From positions 1-40,573 of the forward strand of contig CAZQNA010000013.1 of the NCBI GenBank assembly GCA_964594835.1: a stretch of 40,573 nucleotides of DNA. Reading direction: 5' to 3'. Numbering within the stretch: the first letter of the stretch is position 1; the number at the start of each line of letters is the position of its first letter. Position numbers and translations under genes: made by a program. The notes beneath the pieces were generated by a model that worked only from the letters and a program-made list of their open reading frames with translations, searched no databases and was not told the DNA's origin. Of this stretch, positions 17,779-27,678 are shown one piece after another. The stretch comes from an uncultured Nitrososphaerota archaeon. GTDB taxonomy: Archaea > Korarchaeota > Korarchaeia > Korarchaeales > Korarchaeaceae.

Positions 17779-19043
17779 CGCCAGCCCTCCATGGTAGACC
17801 AGTCCCAGGAGACCCCCTCCGGCAGGAACAGTCCGTAGACCACGGCCCCCCTCCACACGGAGAACTGGGGCTCCCTGACCACCCTGGGCTGGGTCTCGAT
17901 CCCCATGTCCCTGAGCATCCTCGCAAGCTTCGTGGGGCTGTCCACGGCCACGCCCTCGAGCCCCGCGGGCACAGTCCAGCTGAAGGCGCCGCCCGAGAGT
18001 ATCACATTCCTCAGGAGCGTCGACTGGATCTCGACTGGCGTCCGGGAGACCGCCTCCCTTATGGCCTCGGCCAGCGAGACCTTGCCAGGTATGACCCTGC
18101 CGCCAACGACGGTGTCTCTCGGGCCGGGGAAGCCCCTGGAGTAGTAGCTCTCGAAGATCTCGTGCCCCGGGTTGAAGTAGAACTCGCCGATGAGGAACCT
18201 CTGCCACGCCTTGTCCCCCATGTCCACCTCAACGGTCGTCCCTGGTATCCTGAACTTGGAGGTCAGGGCCGCCTGGTGCTCCCTGGCCCAGGAGATGGCG
18301 GAGTTGAGGTCGAGGGGGACGAGGCCCGCCATCTCCTTGAACATCCTGACGAACTTGTCCTCCCTGGCCAGCTCCGGGTAGCCGAGGTCCTTCAGGATCT
18401 GCCTGGCTATAGCGTCGGAATCGGACCCTCCCCTGTTCAGCGGTATCACGGCCCCTCGGATCACGTCTCGGCTTATGGGGGTGATCTGGGTGTTTCCGTG
18501 CCCGCCCTCCAGGACCACGCAGGTCGTCGCCTTCTCGGCGATCGCCACGGCCAGAGGCTGCGGTATTATGGTCATCGCCCTGACGAGGGTCTTCCCCTCC
18601 TCGGAGTTCACCCGCTCGTGGATCTCGAAGAGCCTCTCGTACATGTACGTGGGTGCCTGCGCGGCGAGGGCGGCGACGACGTAGAAGCCCGTGAACCTGC
18701 CGCCAAGGGGGCTCTGCTGGCCGGGGTAGTGCTTCAGGAGGGCGTACCTCGTCAGCTCCTTCACGACCTTCCATCCCCTCTCGTCGTCCCTGGGGACGAC
18801 GCCGTTCCTCATGGGGTAGTACAGCCTCTCGAGGTCCTCTCGGGACTCAAGGTACTCCGACACCTCCGGGCCCACGACGACCTCCCTGGGCTGTATCCCC
18901 CTTATCTCGGCCACCACCTTCGACATCTTCGGGAAGTAGCCCCTGTTCTCGACCACCTCCGGGTACTTCCCGATCCAGAGGGGGCCGAACTTGAAGTAGG
19001 AGGTCCCGTAGTCCATGCCGAAGACGGGCCTGCTCTCAGCCAT
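17763..19043 (-). CDS. Crenactin (archaeal actin)
   Basis: FGMDYGTSYFKFGP (phosphate 1), YPMRNG...W.V.KEL.RY, IIPQPLAVAIAE, EGGHGNTQI.PI (phosphate 2), ILSGGAF (adenosine) and PQFSVWRG all match crenactin as I recall it. Confidence 0.92.
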
Positions 19044-19074
19044 CCTCTCTCACCTCACCTCGCCTCGCCCCGCC

Positions 19075-19698
19075 TCACCACCCGGCCTCGGCCCCCTGAA
19101 GGGCCACGAGCAGGCGTCCCTTGAGCGCGCTCGCCGGTATCAGGGCCCTCCTGTCCACCCTACCGGTCTCGAGGTCTATCTCGACCCCCTCCCGCATGAG
19201 GATGTACGCCTTCACGAGCCGACCGTAGGAGTAGCCGCCGACGGTCAGGTCGGACCTCACGACCCTGTGGCAGGGGATGATGAGTGGATACGGGTTCCTC
19301 CCGAGGTTGGACCCCACCACGCGCGGGGAGAGCCCGACCACCCTCGCCAGCGAGCCGTAAGTTGTGACCCTCCCTCGCGGAATGGCGGAGACCGCGAGCA
19401 GGACCCTCCTCATGGACTCCGACCTGGGGGGCTCCAGCTGAACGTCTCCGGCGTCGACCGACTCCCCCAGGTAGAGCCTGTTCACGAGAGCCGCCAGGTT
19501 CTCGGATCCGGGACCGCAGAACGGGTTCCTCTTGAGCCTCAACCTCCCCCAGGCCCTCTCACAGGCGATCTTCAGGTGCCTGAGCGCCGACCTCTCGCTC
19601 TCGACGGGTATCGTGTTGCAGATCAGCCTCGACCCAGCGAAGGCGAGCGCGACGAAGCCCTCTGACACCTGCTCGACGCAGACCTCGACCGCAGGCAT
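19075..19698 (-). CDS. ogt: O6-alkylguanine-DNA alkyltransferase
   Basis: IPRGRVTTYGSLAR...RVVG...NPYPLIIPCHRVV contains the PCHR active site. Confidence 0.93.
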   Translation of the reverse strand: MPAVEVCVEQVSEGFVALAFAGSRLICNTIPVESERSALRHLKIACERAWGRLRLKRNPFCGPGSENLAALVNRLYLGESVDAGDVQLEPPRSESMRRVLLAVSAIPRGRVTTYGSLARVVGLSPRVVGSNLGRNPYPLIIPCHRVVRSDLTVGGYSYGRLVKAYILMREGVEIDLETGRVDRRALIPASALKGRLLVALQGAEAGW

Positions 19699-19768
19699 TT
19701 CCCCCTTACCTCGCCATGGGGGCCTCGAACCTTATTTAAGACGGTGATCTCCGGTGAGAGGGCCCCAG

Positions 19769-20818
19769 ATGGAGCTAGTCAGGATAGACGGGAGCTACGG
19801 GGAGGGAGGCGGCTCCATATTCAGGTACGCGCTGGCGCTGGCCTCCGTGTCGCTGACCCCGGTAGAGGTGTACAACATCAGGGCGAAGAGGAGCAGGCCG
19901 GGCCTCAGACCCCAGCACCTCTCCGCCGCCAGGCTGCTCGCCCAGATGGCGGCCGCAGAAGTCGAGGGGCTGAGCGTGGGGTCCACCAGGGTCAGGTTCG
20001 TGCCGAGGGAGAGGAGGGGAGGGAGGTACAGGCTCGACGTCGGGACGGCCGGCAGCGTCAGCCTGATAATACAGGCCGTCCTTCCGGCGGCCCTGTTCGC
20101 CGACTCTCCGGTTGAGGTGGAGCTAGTCGGTGGCACGGACGTGCCGATGGCCCCGCCGGTGGACTACATGAGGTTCGTCTTCCTCAGGAACCTCGGGCTC
20201 GTCGGGGCTCAGGCGGAGATCGAGCTCGTCAGGAGGGGCCACTACCCGAGGGGAGGGGGGAGGGTTATCCTCAGGGTGAGGCCAGCCGGGGGCCTCAGGG
20301 CGATCGACCTGACGGACAGGGGGGACGTGGTGAGGGTCAAGGGACTCGCCCACGCCGTGAATCTCCCCAGGCACGTTGCCGAGAGGATCGCTGAGGCGGC
20401 GAGGAGGCGCCTGGAGGAGGCCGGCCACGACGCCGAGGTCGGGGTGGACTGGTCTCCCGAGGGCCACCTGGGGCCCGGCGCCGGGGTGACCGTCTGGGCC
20501 GAGTGCTCGTCCGGGTCGACGATCGGGGGGGACTCTCTGGGGAAGAGGGGGAAGCCCAGCGAGGTTGTCGGGAGGGAGGCCGCCGAGAGGCTCCTCGGGG
20601 AGCTGAGGCCGGGCGCCTCGCTCGACAGGCACACCGGTGACATGATAATTCCCTACCTCGCCCTCGCCAGGGGGAGGTCCACCGTGACCCTCACCGAGTT
20701 CACGTCCCACGCGAGGTCCAACGTCTGGCTCGCCGAGAGGATGCTGGGCTGCAGGTTCGAGATGAGGAGGGAGGGCCCGAGGTGGCTCCTGAGGGCCGAC
20801 GGGGCGGGGGTGGGGTGA
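19769..20818 (+). CDS. rtcA: RNA 3'-terminal phosphate cyclase
   Basis: IDGSYGEGGG, IRAKRSRPGLRPQH, GTAGS, GGTDV, RRGHYPRGGG, DRHTGD and SHARSN. Confidence 0.95.
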   Translation: MELVRIDGSYGEGGGSIFRYALALASVSLTPVEVYNIRAKRSRPGLRPQHLSAARLLAQMAAAEVEGLSVGSTRVRFVPRERRGGRYRLDVGTAGSVSLIIQAVLPAALFADSPVEVELVGGTDVPMAPPVDYMRFVFLRNLGLVGAQAEIELVRRGHYPRGGGRVILRVRPAGGLRAIDLTDRGDVVRVKGLAHAVNLPRHVAERIAEAARRRLEEAGHDAEVGVDWSPEGHLGPGAGVTVWAECSSGSTIGGDSLGKRGKPSEVVGREAAERLLGELRPGASLDRHTGDMIIPYLALARGRSTVTLTEFTSHARSNVWLAERMLGCRFEMRREGPRWLLRADGAGVG

Positions 20819-20819
20819 G

Positions 20820-22535
20820 CTGGGCGAGGAGTCCCGCGGGGAGATAGACGAGAGGATCAGGCTGGTGGCGGAGGCCGCCGGGGTGTCCGAGGACGAAGTG
20901 AGGCGGAGGATGAGGAGGTACATCGAGGACTTCAGGGGGCTCCTCAAGCCCGACGCGGCGCTAATACTCGTGGCGACGGACCTGGGGGTCAGCGTCCAGG
21001 AGACGCCCACCGAGAGGCCGGAGTCGGTCCTCCAGATCGCCAGCCTGTTCCCGGGCATGTCCAGGGTCAGGCTGAGGGGCAGGGTCACCAGGATGCACGG
21101 GGTCATAGAGTTCACGAGGAGGGACGGCACGCCCGGAGAGAGGGCCGAGTTTCGCCTGGCCGACGGGACGGGGGTCGTCCTCGTCGTTGTCTGGTCGAGC
21201 GAGCTGATAGAGGCCATCAGGTCGGGTGAGATAAGGGAGGGCGACGTGGTGGAGATCGGGGGAGGCAGGGTCAGGCCGAGGGGCGGGATGCTCACCGTCC
21301 ACCTGGACTCCAGGTCCACCGTGAGGCGCCTCCAGGGGGAGTTCCCGGAGTTTCCGTTCGAGGACGTCGAGCCCCTCTCCGTCGCGGAGGTGACGGAGGA
21401 CCTGGCCGGGCAGGAGGTGGACGTGAGGGGGGTCCTGACGAGCGCGAGCCCCCCGAGGGAGTTCGAGAGGAGGGACGGTCGGAGGGGGAGGATAGCCAGC
21501 GCGGTCCTGGGGGACGAGAAGGTGGACGAGGAGGTCAGGCTCGTCCTGTGGGACGAGAGGACCACGGCCCTAGACGGCGTCCCCCTCGGCTCCCTGGTCG
21601 AGGTGAGGTCGGTCAGGGTCGTGGTGAGGGACGAGGCCATCGAACTCCACAGCACCCCCAGGACGGAGGTCCGCGTGATAGAGCCTGGGGAGGGGGGGAA
21701 GGCCTCCCAGGAGATAGAGGGGAACGTGATATACGTCTTCGAGCCGGACGAGACCTTCTCCAGGGGGAGGAGGGCCGTGGTTGACTTCGTGCTGGCCACC
21801 GAGGAGGGCCCCATACTGGCGAGGGCCTGGGGTGAGAGGGCCGGGGAGATCCTCTCCGTCAGGCTCCCCGCGAGGGTCAGGCTCGTGAACCACTTCTGGA
21901 CCATAAGGGACGGGGACAGGATCCTCAACGTGGGCGACTACGGGAGGATAGAGGTCCTGGCCCAGGGAGACGGGAGGGTCCCAGACTCGGCCGCCAGGGT
22001 GGCCCACTCGCTCAAGTACAGGAGGACCTGGCTCGAGCTGACCGAGGGAGAGGGGTTCCGCGAGGTCAGGGGGACCGTGATCTCGGTCTCGGACCCCATC
22101 AGGATCCTCTGGTACTGCCCGGAGTGCGGGTCGAGGGTCGTCAAGGAGTACGGCGTTTTCCAGTGCCCCACATGCGGGGAGATCGCGGAGGCCACACCCC
22201 GGCCGGTCTTCCACCTGACCATAGACGACGGGACGGGGGTGGCGAGGGTCATCTTCCTCGGCAGGAGGGCGGAGGAGCTTCTGGGCAAGACAGCGGAGGA
22301 GATCCTCGAGGAGATAGAGCAGCAGGGATACGAGGAGGACTCCTACCCGGCCGACGAGCTGGCCTCGAGGCTCGTGGGCCGGGAGGTGGTGGCGAGGGGG
22401 AGGCTCAGGTACCAAGAGGACACGGGGCTCATCAAGCTCTTCGCGGAGTCCATGGAGTTCGCCGACCCCAGGGCGGAGGTGAGGCGGCTGATGAGCGAGA
22501 TAGAGCGCATGAGGGGGAGCGTGGGTGCCGGCTAG
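20820..22535 (+). CDS. rpa: Replication protein A (multiple OB folds plus C4 zinc finger); start probably CTG 20820, otherwise GTG 20865
   Basis: Repeated OB units (FTRRDG..G...LADGTG...VVW; FERRDG...LGDE...LVLW) and CPECG...CPTCG followed by IDDGTG. Confidence 0.85.
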   Translation: MGEESRGEIDERIRLVAEAAGVSEDEVRRRMRRYIEDFRGLLKPDAALILVATDLGVSVQETPTERPESVLQIASLFPGMSRVRLRGRVTRMHGVIEFTRRDGTPGERAEFRLADGTGVVLVVVWSSELIEAIRSGEIREGDVVEIGGGRVRPRGGMLTVHLDSRSTVRRLQGEFPEFPFEDVEPLSVAEVTEDLAGQEVDVRGVLTSASPPREFERRDGRRGRIASAVLGDEKVDEEVRLVLWDERTTALDGVPLGSLVEVRSVRVVVRDEAIELHSTPRTEVRVIEPGEGGKASQEIEGNVIYVFEPDETFSRGRRAVVDFVLATEEGPILARAWGERAGEILSVRLPARVRLVNHFWTIRDGDRILNVGDYGRIEVLAQGDGRVPDSAARVAHSLKYRRTWLELTEGEGFREVRGTVISVSDPIRILWYCPECGSRVVKEYGVFQCPTCGEIAEATPRPVFHLTIDDGTGVARVIFLGRRAEELLGKTAEEILEEIEQQGYEEDSYPADELASRLVGREVVARGRLRYQEDTGLIKLFAESMEFADPRAEVRRLMSEIERMRGSVGAG

Positions 22536-23187
22536 GGTTATAGTGGACTCCAACGAGCCGGCGGAGATCTACGAGTCGCTGAGGCGCCTGCTCAGCAGCG
22601 TCGACAGGAGGAGGCTGGAGCCCTGCGACTACCTGATAGGAGGGGAGATATGCGTCGAGAGGAAGACGCCGAGGGACCTCCTCAACTCGGTGTACGACGG
22701 GAGAGTCTTCGACCAGGTGAGGAGGATCCTGGAGGTGTACGGGAGGGCCATCCTCCTGATCGAGGGCCAGCCGCGCGGGCTCACTGGGCGGGAGGGGCGT
22801 GTCATAGCGGGCGCGCTGGCCGGTCTCGTGAGGATGGGCGCCAGCGTGGTGTGCCTCCCCGACAGGGATCAGACCTGCTGGTTCATAGCGGGCCTCGCCA
22901 GGGAGGGCAGGGCGGGGCCCGTGGTCGCCCGGAGGAGGCCGAAGCTCGCCACCCTGGCCGAGGTCCAGATGTTTGTGCTGACGAGCGTGCCGGGCATAGG
23001 GCCCAAGAGCGCCGAGGCCCTGCTGAGGCGATTTGGATCCCTACGAGGGGTCTTTCTGGCCAGCTTCCCCGAGCTGAGGTCGGTCATAGGGGAGAAGAGG
23101 GCGCGGAGGTTGAGGGATATCCTAGAGGCCAGCTACCCGGGCGGCGGGTGGGAGGGGGAGGGCGGGGCCCTGATCGGCCTGGAGTGA
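22525..23187 (+). CDS. xpf: Short-form XPF/ERCC4 structure-specific nuclease with HhH2
   Basis: VIVDSNE, CDY...VERKT..DL..S..DGR.FDQ and VPGIGPKSA..LL..FGSL. Confidence 0.9.
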   Translation: MPARVIVDSNEPAEIYESLRRLLSSVDRRRLEPCDYLIGGEICVERKTPRDLLNSVYDGRVFDQVRRILEVYGRAILLIEGQPRGLTGREGRVIAGALAGLVRMGASVVCLPDRDQTCWFIAGLAREGRAGPVVARRRPKLATLAEVQMFVLTSVPGIGPKSAEALLRRFGSLRGVFLASFPELRSVIGEKRARRLRDILEASYPGGGWEGEGGALIGLE

Positions 23188-23194
23188 CGGCGGG

Positions 23195-24502
23195 TCAGGG
23201 CGTGAGCCTCGTGGGTGTCCTCGGAAAGGCGACCGCGTCCCTGATGTGCGGCAGCCCGGCGATCCACCTGACGGTCCTCTCCACCCCCAGGCCGAACCCG
23301 GCGTGGGGGACCGAGCCGTACCTCCTCAGGTCGAGGTACCAGTCGTAGTCCTCGACCCTCAGCCCCTCCTCGCGTATCCGGGCGACCAGCTCGTCGTAGG
23401 AGTGGATCCTCTGTCCCCCGCCGATGATCTCCCCTATCCCCTCCGGGGCCAGGAGGTCGGCGCAGAGCACGACTTCGGGCCTCGCCGGGTCAGGAGCGTG
23501 ATAGAAGGCCTTGGCCTGCTTGGGATACCTGTGGACGAACACCGGCCGGTCGAACTCCAGTGAAACAACCCTCTCCGCCTCGGTGGACATGTCGTCCCCC
23601 CACTCGATCTGGACGCCCTTGGACTGGGCTATGTCCACGGCCTCGTCGTAGGAGATCCTCGGGTAGGGCCTCTGCGGGGGCTCAAACCTTCTCTCAAGTA
23701 TCTCAAGCTCCTCCCTACTGTTCTCATACACCCGCTGGACCGCGTGGTCCACTAGAGCCTCGGCGACGTCCATCATGGCGTCCAGGTCGTGCCAGGCCAT
23801 CTCGGCCTCGGCGTGCCAAAACTCCGTCAGGTGCCTCCTGGTCCGGGACTTCTCCGCCCTGAAGCTTGGCTGGATGGTGTAGACCTTCTCGAAGGCGAAG
23901 ATCGCGGCCTCCAGGTAGAACTGGGAGCTCTGGGTGAGGTAGGCCTTCCGGCCGAAGTAATCGAGCTCGAACAGGGTCGCCCCTCCCTCCACGGCGGCGC
24001 TCACGAAGGTGGGGGCCTCGACGGGGATGAAGCCGTTGGAGTCGAACCACTCCCTGAGGCCCGCCAGGAACTCGGCCCTTATCCTCAGGGCGGCCCACAT
24101 CCTCCTGCTCCTTATGTCGAGGTGCCTCTTGTCCAGCCTGAACTCCACCCCGGCGTCCTTCTTTATGGGGAAGTCAGGCGAGTCCCCCACCAGGCTGACC
24201 CTGTTGACCCTGATCTCCACTCCCCCCGGCGCCCTCGGATCAATCCTCACGGTGCCGGAGAGCCTCACAGACGCCTCGACGTCCGCCCTCCTCGCCGCCT
24301 CCCAGCTGCGGGCGTCGACCTCCTCCTGCCTGACGACCGTTTGGATCACGCCGGTGGCGTCCCTCAGGACTATGAAGATGACCGACCCGAGGTCCCTGTA
24401 GCGGTACACCCAGCCGGCCAGGCCGACCTCTCTCCCCTCCAAGTCGGGCCCGACCTCCGAGATCAGGTGCGTCCTCGCCACGTCCCCCGACCCAGAAGAC
24501 AT
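23195..24502 (-). CDS. asnS: Asparaginyl-tRNA synthetase
   Basis: N-terminal OB fold, EGGATLF, AYLTQSSQFYLE, FRAEKSRTRRHLTEFWH, GEIIGG and YGSVPHAGFGLG.ER. These motif variants are AsnRS-type rather than AspRS-type. Confidence 0.9.
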   Translation of the reverse strand: MSSGSGDVARTHLISEVGPDLEGREVGLAGWVYRYRDLGSVIFIVLRDATGVIQTVVRQEEVDARSWEAARRADVEASVRLSGTVRIDPRAPGGVEIRVNRVSLVGDSPDFPIKKDAGVEFRLDKRHLDIRSRRMWAALRIRAEFLAGLREWFDSNGFIPVEAPTFVSAAVEGGATLFELDYFGRKAYLTQSSQFYLEAAIFAFEKVYTIQPSFRAEKSRTRRHLTEFWHAEAEMAWHDLDAMMDVAEALVDHAVQRVYENSREELEILERRFEPPQRPYPRISYDEAVDIAQSKGVQIEWGDDMSTEAERVVSLEFDRPVFVHRYPKQAKAFYHAPDPARPEVVLCADLLAPEGIGEIIGGGQRIHSYDELVARIREEGLRVEDYDWYLDLRRYGSVPHAGFGLGVERTVRWIAGLPHIRDAVAFPRTPTRLTP

Positions 24503-24565
24503 TCTCAGCCGATCAGCAGATCCGCTTATTTAAATGGTTCCGGAGGTTGCCGGGAGGGTTCAAAG

Positions 24566-25903
24566 TTGGCCGCAACGGGTCTCAGGCGATCCCTGGAGGT
24601 TCTCGAGGAGGCCGACCTGCTCAGAGTATTCGGAGATAGGTTGAGCGTCGATTTCGAGATCGCGAAGCGCCTGGCCTCTGTCGAGGGAAGGTCTGCGGCC
24701 ATGTTCACGTCGCCCGTGCTCAGGTCCAGAGAGGTTAGCCGCTTCAGGGTGGCCGGGGGGGTGGCCTCCAGCAGGGAGCAGATGGGGCGCATCGTCGGGG
24801 CGGATCCGAGGGACCTCTGGAGGGTCCTGAGGTCCGCCGTCAGGTCTGGGATACCTCCGAGCCGGGGGCACACCCCGGAGTGGGATCTGAGCATCGAGCC
24901 CGTGGACCTGGGGAGGCTCCCCATACTGAGGCACTACGTGGGCGAGGCCGGGCCCTACATAACCGCCGGCATAGTGATAGCGAGGGACGAGCGCGCCGGA
25001 ATTTACTCGGCCTCTTACCACAGGATGACCCCCATATCGAGGGATCGGGTGGTGTTCAGGGCCGTTGAGGGGAGAAAGCTCCACAGGATGATAGCCGAGG
25101 CCGAGGCCGAGGGCAGGCCCCTGGACGTCTCGGTTGCTATCGGGGTCGGCCCCGGCCTGATGCTCGCCGGCGCGATCCCGGCCGAGGACAGGGACAAGCT
25201 CTCGATCGCCGGGGCGATAGAGGGTCGACCCGTCAGGCTAACCCCCTGCGAGAGCGTGGACGCCGACGCTCCAGCCGAGGCCGAGATAGTCCTCGAGGGC
25301 AGGATCCTGCCCGGGGAGCGGGCCGACGAGGGGCCCTTCTACGAGATACTGGGGAAGGACATCGTCCGAAGGCAGCCGGTCATGGAGATCAGGTCGATCA
25401 GGCTGAGATCCGACGCCGTCTATCAGTCGATCCTGCCGGGCGGCAGGGAGCACGAGCTCCTGATGGGCCTCCCCGTCGAGCCCATCCTGTGGGAGGCCGC
25501 GTCGAGGCACGCCAGGGTTGCGGGGGTCTCCATGACCCCGGCGGGAGGCATGTGGATAGAGGCGGCCGTGGCCATCGAGAGGGAGTACGAGGGCCAGGCT
25601 GTCCAGGTTGCCCTGGCCATGATGGCCGCCCACAAGAGCCTGAAGAGGGTCATAGTGGTGGACTCAGACGTGGACGTCTACGACTACGAGCAGCTCATGA
25701 GGGCCGTCGTTCAGAGGACCTATCCGCCCAGGGACTTCATAGTGATAGGGAACGTGCTGGGGTCGTCGCTCGACCACAGCAACGTCCAGCTGGTGGAGGT
25801 GGATGGGGAACTCAGGAGGGTCCGACTCCCCTACGCCAAGATGATCATCGACGCAACCGTGAAGGGGCCGAGGGAGCTGTACGAGAGGCCAAAATTCGGC
25901 TGA
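24566..25903 (+). CDS. UbiD-family prFMN-dependent decarboxylase
   Basis: LPILRHY..EAGPYIT, SYHRM, AEIVLEG, EGPFYE, VVDSDVD and GSSLD. TTG start at 24566; the 704-aa ORF call includes antisense asnS sequence. Confidence 0.9.
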   Translation: MAATGLRRSLEVLEEADLLRVFGDRLSVDFEIAKRLASVEGRSAAMFTSPVLRSREVSRFRVAGGVASSREQMGRIVGADPRDLWRVLRSAVRSGIPPSRGHTPEWDLSIEPVDLGRLPILRHYVGEAGPYITAGIVIARDERAGIYSASYHRMTPISRDRVVFRAVEGRKLHRMIAEAEAEGRPLDVSVAIGVGPGLMLAGAIPAEDRDKLSIAGAIEGRPVRLTPCESVDADAPAEAEIVLEGRILPGERADEGPFYEILGKDIVRRQPVMEIRSIRLRSDAVYQSILPGGREHELLMGLPVEPILWEAASRHARVAGVSMTPAGGMWIEAAVAIEREYEGQAVQVALAMMAAHKSLKRVIVVDSDVDVYDYEQLMRAVVQRTYPPRDFIVIGNVLGSSLDHSNVQLVEVDGELRRVRLPYAKMIIDATVKGPRELYERPKFG

Positions 25904-25966
25904 GAGGGGCGGATAGATTAATTAGCCCGGATGCCTGGAGCTTGAACCGAGAGGGGAGGGCGAGGG

Positions 25967-27088
25967 GTGACCAGGAGGCCCAAGGTAATCACGGTGATGG
26001 TGAAGACCAACCCCCACGACCACCACCTCTACAGGATCCAGATGGGGGAGCTGGAGAGCCTGCTCCAGACGCTGGGCTACGCGCCGGTCTACCGCATGAT
26101 CCAGGTCAGGGCGAAGCCCACCGTCAACTACGTCCTGGGGAGGGGGAAGGTGGAGGAGCTCAGGGAGAAGGTCAGGCAGATAGACCCCGCCCTCGTGGTC
26201 TTCTACAACACCCTGTCGAGCAAGCAGAAGTGGAACCTGGAGGGGGCCCTCGGCGTCGAGGTGGTGGACAGGTACGAGGTCACCCTCAGGATATTCAGGG
26301 AGGCGGCCAGCGACGTCGTCTCAAAGCTCCAGATAGACCTGGCCGCCCTCAGCAAGGCCCTCCCCTACATCAAGCTGGCGGCCGCCAAGAAGTTCCTGGG
26401 GATGCGGGCTGGCTTCCTGGGCGGGGGTGAGTACGCCTACCACAGGGCGGTGAACGCCGTCCAGAGGAGGATGAAGATCCTGAGGAGGAAGATCGAGAGG
26501 CTGGAGAGGCAGAAGCTGGAGAGGGTCAGGAAGCGCCTTGAGTCGGGCGGGAAGATCGTGGTCATCACCGGCTACTACAACGCCGGCAAGACGAGCCTGT
26601 TCAATGCCCTCACGGGTCTGGACAAGCCCGTCAGCCCCCAGCCCTTCACGACGCTCTCCAGCAAGTATGCCAGCCTCATGGACGGCCGGGTCTACCTCGT
26701 GGACACGATCGGCTTCGTGCTGGACCTCGACCCCAGGCTCATCCACTCGTTCAGGCTGAACGTGATAGACATGGAGTACTCTCAGCTCGCTCTCATGGTC
26801 GTCGACGTGGCCGACAAGCCGGAGGTGGCCGAGGTGAAGATATCGGAGTCTCTCAGGCTCCTAAGAGAGCTTGGAAAGGGTCCCGAGGACCTGCTGGTGG
26901 TCTTCAACAAGGCCGACCTGCTCGACGACGCCACGCTCAGGGAGAGGGTAAAGGACTACGTGGGCCTCATCGACGGGGCCCCCCACATAGTCGTCTCCGC
27001 CAGGACGGGATTGGGGCTGAGGCGGCTCGTGAGTGAGATGGCTGAGCAGCTGGAGGGGCGGGGCGTCGTCCTCCCCGAGCTCCAGTAA
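25967..27088 (+). CDS. hflX: HflX-family GTPase
   Basis: GRGKVEEL, VVDR...LRIF...A...KLQ, G1 GYYNAGKTS, DTIGF, NKAD and SAR. Confidence 0.88.
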   Translation: MTRRPKVITVMVKTNPHDHHLYRIQMGELESLLQTLGYAPVYRMIQVRAKPTVNYVLGRGKVEELREKVRQIDPALVVFYNTLSSKQKWNLEGALGVEVVDRYEVTLRIFREAASDVVSKLQIDLAALSKALPYIKLAAAKKFLGMRAGFLGGGEYAYHRAVNAVQRRMKILRRKIERLERQKLERVRKRLESGGKIVVITGYYNAGKTSLFNALTGLDKPVSPQPFTTLSSKYASLMDGRVYLVDTIGFVLDLDPRLIHSFRLNVIDMEYSQLALMVVDVADKPEVAEVKISESLRLLRELGKGPEDLLVVFNKADLLDDATLRERVKDYVGLIDGAPHIVVSARTGLGLRRLVSEMAEQLEGRGVVLPELQ

Positions 27089-27120
27089 CCTTTATACCAT
27101 AATCGGACAAATGCCCAGTT

Positions 27121-27678
27121 ATGATCAAAATGGGTGCGGCGGCTGGCGGACCCTCCACAAACGGTAAGGCCGTCTTCGCCGGCATGCTGGGCGCGCTCGG
27201 AAACGCCCTGGCTGTTGTGTCCATGGAGCTGGGGAATTTCCACCCCCAGATAGCCCTCGACCTTTCTCACCTGGCAACCATAGTCTCGGCCTACTCCCTG
27301 GGGCCCGCGTGGGGCGCGCTCACCGGGGCCCTCGTGGCGGCCTTCCCATTCGTCAGGTTCTCCCTGATGGGCTACCTGCCCGTGGTCGTCGGCCTCCTGA
27401 TCTTTCCCGGGAAGGCCATGACGGGCCTCCTCGTGGGCGCGCTGGGGAGGAAGCTGAGGCCCGCGGTCGCCGTGCCGCTGGGGTACATCCCCGAGTCGGC
27501 GCTCACCTATGTCGCGCTGGAGATGGCCAGGAGGCTCTTCCTCCCCGCGGATCAGGCGGCATTCCTCTCGACGGGCGTCATCCTCGGGATACTGGTGAAG
27601 GCGTGGGTGGAGATCCTCGTCCTGGCGGCTATTGCCGAGGTGCTCCTCCCGCGGGTGCCCGGGCTCGGGCGCTACTGA
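27121..27678 (+). CDS. ECF transporter S-component-like membrane protein
   Basis: About six TM helices with AVFAGMLGAL, LDLSHL....A..LGP.WG. TATA CTTTATA at about 27090-27096. Confidence 0.7.
   Translation: MIKMGAAAGGPSTNGKAVFAGMLGALGNALAVVSMELGNFHPQIALDLSHLATIVSAYSLGPAWGALTGALVAAFPFVRFSLMGYLPVVVGLLIFPGKAMTGLLVGALGRKLRPAVAVPLGYIPESALTYVALEMARRLFLPADQAAFLSTGVILGILVKAWVEILVLAAIAEVLLPRVPGLGRY

Noticed and set aside
20123-21928. 601-aa minus-strand ORF
   Set aside because: Antisense shadow of rtcA and rpa.
23789-24565. Apparent N-terminal fusion on UbiD (704-aa call)
   Set aside because: This part is antisense to asnS and crosses the shared promoter. UbiD similarity starts near TTG 24566.
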